DNA of 37,364 nucleotides, from positions 1 through 37,364 of the IMG/VR virus record IMGVR_UViG_3300017783_000075. One strand, given 5' to 3'. A program made the translations under genes and the position numbers. Origin of the DNA: a virus (Duplodnaviria; Caudoviricetes). Shown piece by piece: positions 33,958-37,364 of the stretch. Below the pieces are notes generated by a model. The model had not been told where the DNA came from and did not search any database. It was given only the letters and a program-made list of their open reading frames with translations. Every line of letters starts with the position of its first letter. The first letter of the stretch is position 1.

Positions 33958-36804
33958 ATGCTAGGATTAGCTAGTAGTTTAGTTAAAGGGGGTGCATCCC
34001 TCTTAACATATGTCAAGGACAACCTCAAGTTATACCTCGACTTCAAATCAAGTAGGTCAGACACACTTGCATTCCCATCAGAGGGTTCGACATCGTTTAC
34101 TAATACGACTGGTGAGCATATAAATTGCGGTACTCAAATAGCTACAGATTTAGGAGGCAGTTTTAATACTGCTTTTACTGTTTCTTTTTGGCTATACAGA
34201 ACAGTTACGAATAATTCTTGCGGAATGTTTTATATCGGAACTTTTGACAATATTAATGGGAAAATTCAAATATATACTCATCTTGATACATTAAAATTTA
34301 GAATTAATAATGTTGACCAACTTGATATAGATAATTTTTCAGCTAATAATGCTGGTTGGAATCATATAACTCTTACTTGGAATGCATCTACAACTACTTC
34401 TACAGTATATGTTAATGGAGTAGCTCAAACCCCAAAAACAAATTCTGAAAGTTCTATTGCTTTTACAAGTAGCATGAAAACAATTATTGGTAATTATTTT
34501 GGAGAGGTATTTCCTTTAAGTGGTAAGATGGCTAATGTAGCACTTTGGTCAAGAGCCTTATCCCTCGAAGAAGTCAACTCCGTTATGAACAAGTCTTACA
34601 GTCAGTTAGGCTCTGTAGAAAAAACAAGTTTAGTTAGTTGGTGGGCATTGGATAGTGCAAGTGGTGGAGTAGTACAACCTCACGATGGAGAAACATTAGG
34701 TAGTAATATTGCAAGTTCATTGACTTGGGTAAACTCAAGTAGTAGTCCTTATGAAACATTTGTAACAAGTGGAAATAGTATTACAAATGCAGTAAACACA
34801 AGTTGGGGTATTGCTTACACAAGTGATTTTTCATTAACATCTGCAAAATCATATAAAATTAGTTTTGATATAGATATATCAAGTGGCTCAATAGACCTTG
34901 TAAGAATTGGAGGAAATACAAATTTAGATAGTGGGTTGCAATTAGATAAAGTTCCTGCAAATGGAATAAATACTTTTTATATAACATCATCTGCTACAGG
35001 AAGTAGTTTTAAATTTGGTTTCAGAGGAAATGATGCAGTTGCGTTTTCTATGAGTAATCTATCAATCAAAGAAGTAACCTCAAACACGGGATTTGTCACA
35101 GGAGCAACAACTACCACATCAGTATATGGTGGCAATGCACCAGTCTTACCTCGTGCAATAGACATAGCTGAATCACAAGCAGAGCAGATTGGGGATGGTA
35201 GTGCAAGTTTTAATGGTTCAACTGACTATGTAGAAATAGATTCAAGTAATTTACCTAATCTGCAACCATATACTATTAGTGCTTGGTTTAAAATTGACAC
35301 ATTACAAGCATCTGCAATTATAGCTTGGGGCGATGAAGCAGTATATGAAAGAAGATCAATGTTTATTTGGAATGGTGGGAGTGGTTCATCTTGGAAATTA
35401 ATACCAAGTATATACGGAGAAAATCCTACAGGAGCAACTGATTTAGAAACTAATAGATGGTATCATGGCGCATTAGTTGTTAATCCAACTGCAAAAACAT
35501 ACGAAATATATTTAAATGGAATTTTAGATGGTTCTGGTTCTTATAGTAATAATTTTGTTTCTTGGAGTGGTACTACAGGGTATATAGGAAAAACAGGAAG
35601 TGGTGAAGATTTTGATGGTGCTATTAGTCAAGTAGGACTATGGCAAGGTGCATTAACATCAGAGCAAGTTAGAACATTAGCTCAAGATGTAACTTCCTAT
35701 GCCAAGATACCCGCAGATGTTAAGAGTACATTGGGTGCAGAAGTTAATACTCTTGCTAATGCTTTAAGTCCTTCTAATGAAGCTAATGCCACTACAGGGC
35801 TTACATCTACAGGAAGTATAAGTTCTGTCTCAAGTCCAACATATTCTGGTAATTATTCTATAAAATTTGAAACAGATGCAAACACAGAGTATATAAGTGC
35901 ATCAAGTAATTTTACTGTAGAAGATGATAAATTTTATAAATTTTCTGTTACTTGGAAAACTGATTCAAGTAGCCACTCAATGAAACATTTTATTGGAACA
36001 GGGATAGGAAGTACAGCTTATGTAAATATTGAGGGAGTTGCAGGTTCTACAGAGTGGGTTACAAGCGATTACTACTTTATTACAACTTCAACAAATTTAA
36101 ATTTTACATTTGCAGAATTTACAGGTGATAGTGACATTGTTATGTATATAGATAACATTTCTATCAAGCCAGTCACTAACGACCTCGTAGCGTATTATCC
36201 CCTTGATGCTGATAGTTCAAATACTTCTAATGGAGTTGGAATTACAAATGATTCTGTGGGTGGAGAAACATTGGGTAGTGATTTAGTAACTAATGGAGAT
36301 ATGAGTAATCTTGCTGATGCGGGTAGTAATGGTTATGCTTTTAGACCATCAAGTGGTTGGACTTTTAAACACTCTTCTAGTTCTGGTGGAACATCAACGC
36401 AATTTTCTCAATCAGATAATGGTGCTTTAAGAATATATAGTAACAGAGATGGGATAGAATATTATACTGTTGGAGCTAATGTACTTGTTTCTACAGGAGT
36501 TTTATACAAACTTACATTTGATGCTAAAACTAATGATGCAAGTAAAACAAATCTTGGTGTTAGATATTCAAATGGTAACAATATGGCTTATGGTAATAAT
36601 GGGTTGGATGTAGGTGTAACTCTAACAACATCTTTTCAAACATTTACATATTATTTTGTTCCAGATGCTCATAGTAACGGAGGAAGAGCAGTTCATTTTG
36701 GTAGACATCACAATACAAGTGTAGGACATACTACAAGCGTAGATGCAACTTTAGACAATGTATCTGTCAAACAAGTAACCTCAAACACAGGAGTGCTTAA
36801 ATAA
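33958..36804 (+). CDS. LamG/carbohydrate-binding multi-module fibre protein
   Basis: Two LamG domains (TVSFWL..WNHITLTW..YVNG; FNGSTDYV..TISAWF..WYHG..YLNG) interleaved with three CBM-like modules ending in (D/S)NxSIKxV. Confidence 0.85.
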   Translation: MLGLASSLVKGGASLLTYVKDNLKLYLDFKSSRSDTLAFPSEGSTSFTNTTGEHINCGTQIATDLGGSFNTAFTVSFWLYRTVTNNSCGMFYIGTFDNINGKIQIYTHLDTLKFRINNVDQLDIDNFSANNAGWNHITLTWNASTTTSTVYVNGVAQTPKTNSESSIAFTSSMKTIIGNYFGEVFPLSGKMANVALWSRALSLEEVNSVMNKSYSQLGSVEKTSLVSWWALDSASGGVVQPHDGETLGSNIASSLTWVNSSSSPYETFVTSGNSITNAVNTSWGIAYTSDFSLTSAKSYKISFDIDISSGSIDLVRIGGNTNLDSGLQLDKVPANGINTFYITSSATGSSFKFGFRGNDAVAFSMSNLSIKEVTSNTGFVTGATTTTSVYGGNAPVLPRAIDIAESQAEQIGDGSASFNGSTDYVEIDSSNLPNLQPYTISAWFKIDTLQASAIIAWGDEAVYERRSMFIWNGGSGSSWKLIPSIYGENPTGATDLETNRWYHGALVVNPTAKTYEIYLNGILDGSGSYSNNFVSWSGTTGYIGKTGSGEDFDGAISQVGLWQGALTSEQVRTLAQDVTSYAKIPADVKSTLGAEVNTLANALSPSNEANATTGLTSTGSISSVSSPTYSGNYSIKFETDANTEYISASSNFTVEDDKFYKFSVTWKTDSSSHSMKHFIGTGIGSTAYVNIEGVAGSTEWVTSDYYFITTSTNLNFTFAEFTGDSDIVMYIDNISIKPVTNDLVAYYPLDADSSNTSNGVGITNDSVGGETLGSDLVTNGDMSNLADAGSNGYAFRPSSGWTFKHSSSSGGTSTQFSQSDNGALRIYSNRDGIEYYTVGANVLVSTGVLYKLTFDAKTNDASKTNLGVRYSNGNNMAYGNNGLDVGVTLTTSFQTFTYYFVPDAHSNGGRAVHFGRHHNTSVGHTTSVDATLDNVSVKQVTSNTGVLK
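34686..36788 (+). repeat. Paired direct-repeat anchors flanking CBM-like cassettes
   Basis: tggagaaacattRggtagt at 34686 and 36261; aagtaacctcaaacac (16 bp exact) at 35072 and 36773. Confidence 0.7.
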
Positions 36805-37364
36805 TGGCTACAACGATACAAAGCGGAAGAGGAAGTTCTCCATTACTTACAGCAGATGTCGCTTCAAGAGCCGAGGTATATGGCGGACGAGGATTAGTGT
36901 TTGATGGGGTTTCAGATTACCTTGATTGTGGAGATATAACATCTTTAAATAGTACCTCTGCGTTTACAATATCTGTATGGATTAAATCAGACAATACAAA
37001 TAGTTTAGATTATTTATATAATAAAACATCAAGCAGTTCAAGTCTGATACGCATGGCAATAGCGTATAATATTATGTATTTTAATGTTTATAATGGTGGT
37101 AACGCTTATGGAAGTGTAGCTTTTACATCAACAGATTGGAATCATATATCTTTAGTGTTTAACGGAAGTGGCACAGGCAATAGCAATAGACTTAAAGCAT
37201 ATATAAATGGTGAAGAGCAATCACTTACATATACAGGAACTATACCATCAACGACTGCTAATTTATCTGGAGCAACATTTCAAATTGGCAAATATCTTAC
37301 TGACCATTTTGAAGGTAAAATGTCTGATGTAAAAGTTTACTCATCTGCATTAACAGAAGCAGAA
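36804..37364 (+). CDS. N-terminal part of a LamG fibre protein, 3'-truncated by the window edge
   Basis: Not in ORF track. TAATG-coupled ATG 36804; MATTIQSGRG..FDGVSDYLDCG..TISVWIK..WNHISLVF..YING..MSDVKVYSSALTEAE, open to the last base. Confidence 0.85.
   Translation, partial: MATTIQSGRGSSPLLTADVASRAEVYGGRGLVFDGVSDYLDCGDITSLNSTSAFTISVWIKSDNTNSLDYLYNKTSSSSSLIRMAIAYNIMYFNVYNGGNAYGSVAFTSTDWNHISLVFNGSGTGNSNRLKAYINGEEQSLTYTGTIPSTTANLSGATFQIGKYLTDHFEGKMSDVKVYSSALTEAE

Noticed and set aside
360-35165. Antisense or alternate-frame ORFs in the track (e.g. 360-572, 2719-2919, 3088-3300, 4181-4372, 6281-6502, 9347-9595, 11898-12089, 16552-16794, 21446-21772, 26481-26864, 28602-28862, 30795-31073, 33364-33597, 34977-35165)
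   Set aside because: They overlap well-supported genes, lack RBSs and motifs, and read as shadow translations.
33958-37364. Diversity-generating retroelement acting on the fibre genes
   Set aside because: No reverse transcriptase ORF and no ~100-bp template/variable repeat pair differing at adenines; only short anchors are repeated.
1-37364. Prophage/lysogeny module or alternative genetic code
   Set aside because: No integrase, repressor pair, att-like flanks or host genes are seen; long ORFs read cleanly in the standard code with TAA, TAG and TGA all used as stops.

Overview
The window is an AT-rich, tailed dsDNA phage genome, apparently near-complete and circularly permuted. It looks like a siphovirus (tail tube, G/GT-type chaperones, tape measure) and resembles marine uncultured phages. 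Layout: (+) 1-15473 holds LamG-domain fibre genes, a type IV pilin-like gene, lysis and small basic-protein genes, neck and tail genes. (-) 15448-26839 holds recombination, replication and early genes (NinB/NinG-like, SSB-like, metallophosphoesterase, Twinkle/T7 gp4-like primase-helicase, HTH replication initiator, C5 DNA methyltransferase, PD-(D/E)XK nuclease). A ~830 bp non-coding control region follows, then terS (+), an inverted terL-portal-minor head block (-), and (+) scaffold, major capsid and LamG fibre genes that run off the right end in frame with the left-end ORF. I see no integrase, DNA polymerase, tRNA or CRISPR array. The most striking unannotated elements are a complete type I hammerhead ribozyme in the early operon (- strand, 26184-26243) that would cleave 7 nt upstream of a Shine-Dalgarno, and a phage-encoded prepilin (G-1, E+5, P+22). 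Also notable are repeat-anchored swappable cassettes in the LamG fibres and a chain of tiny, highly basic peptides including an AT-hook. All product calls come from motif recognition by eye; no database search was run.
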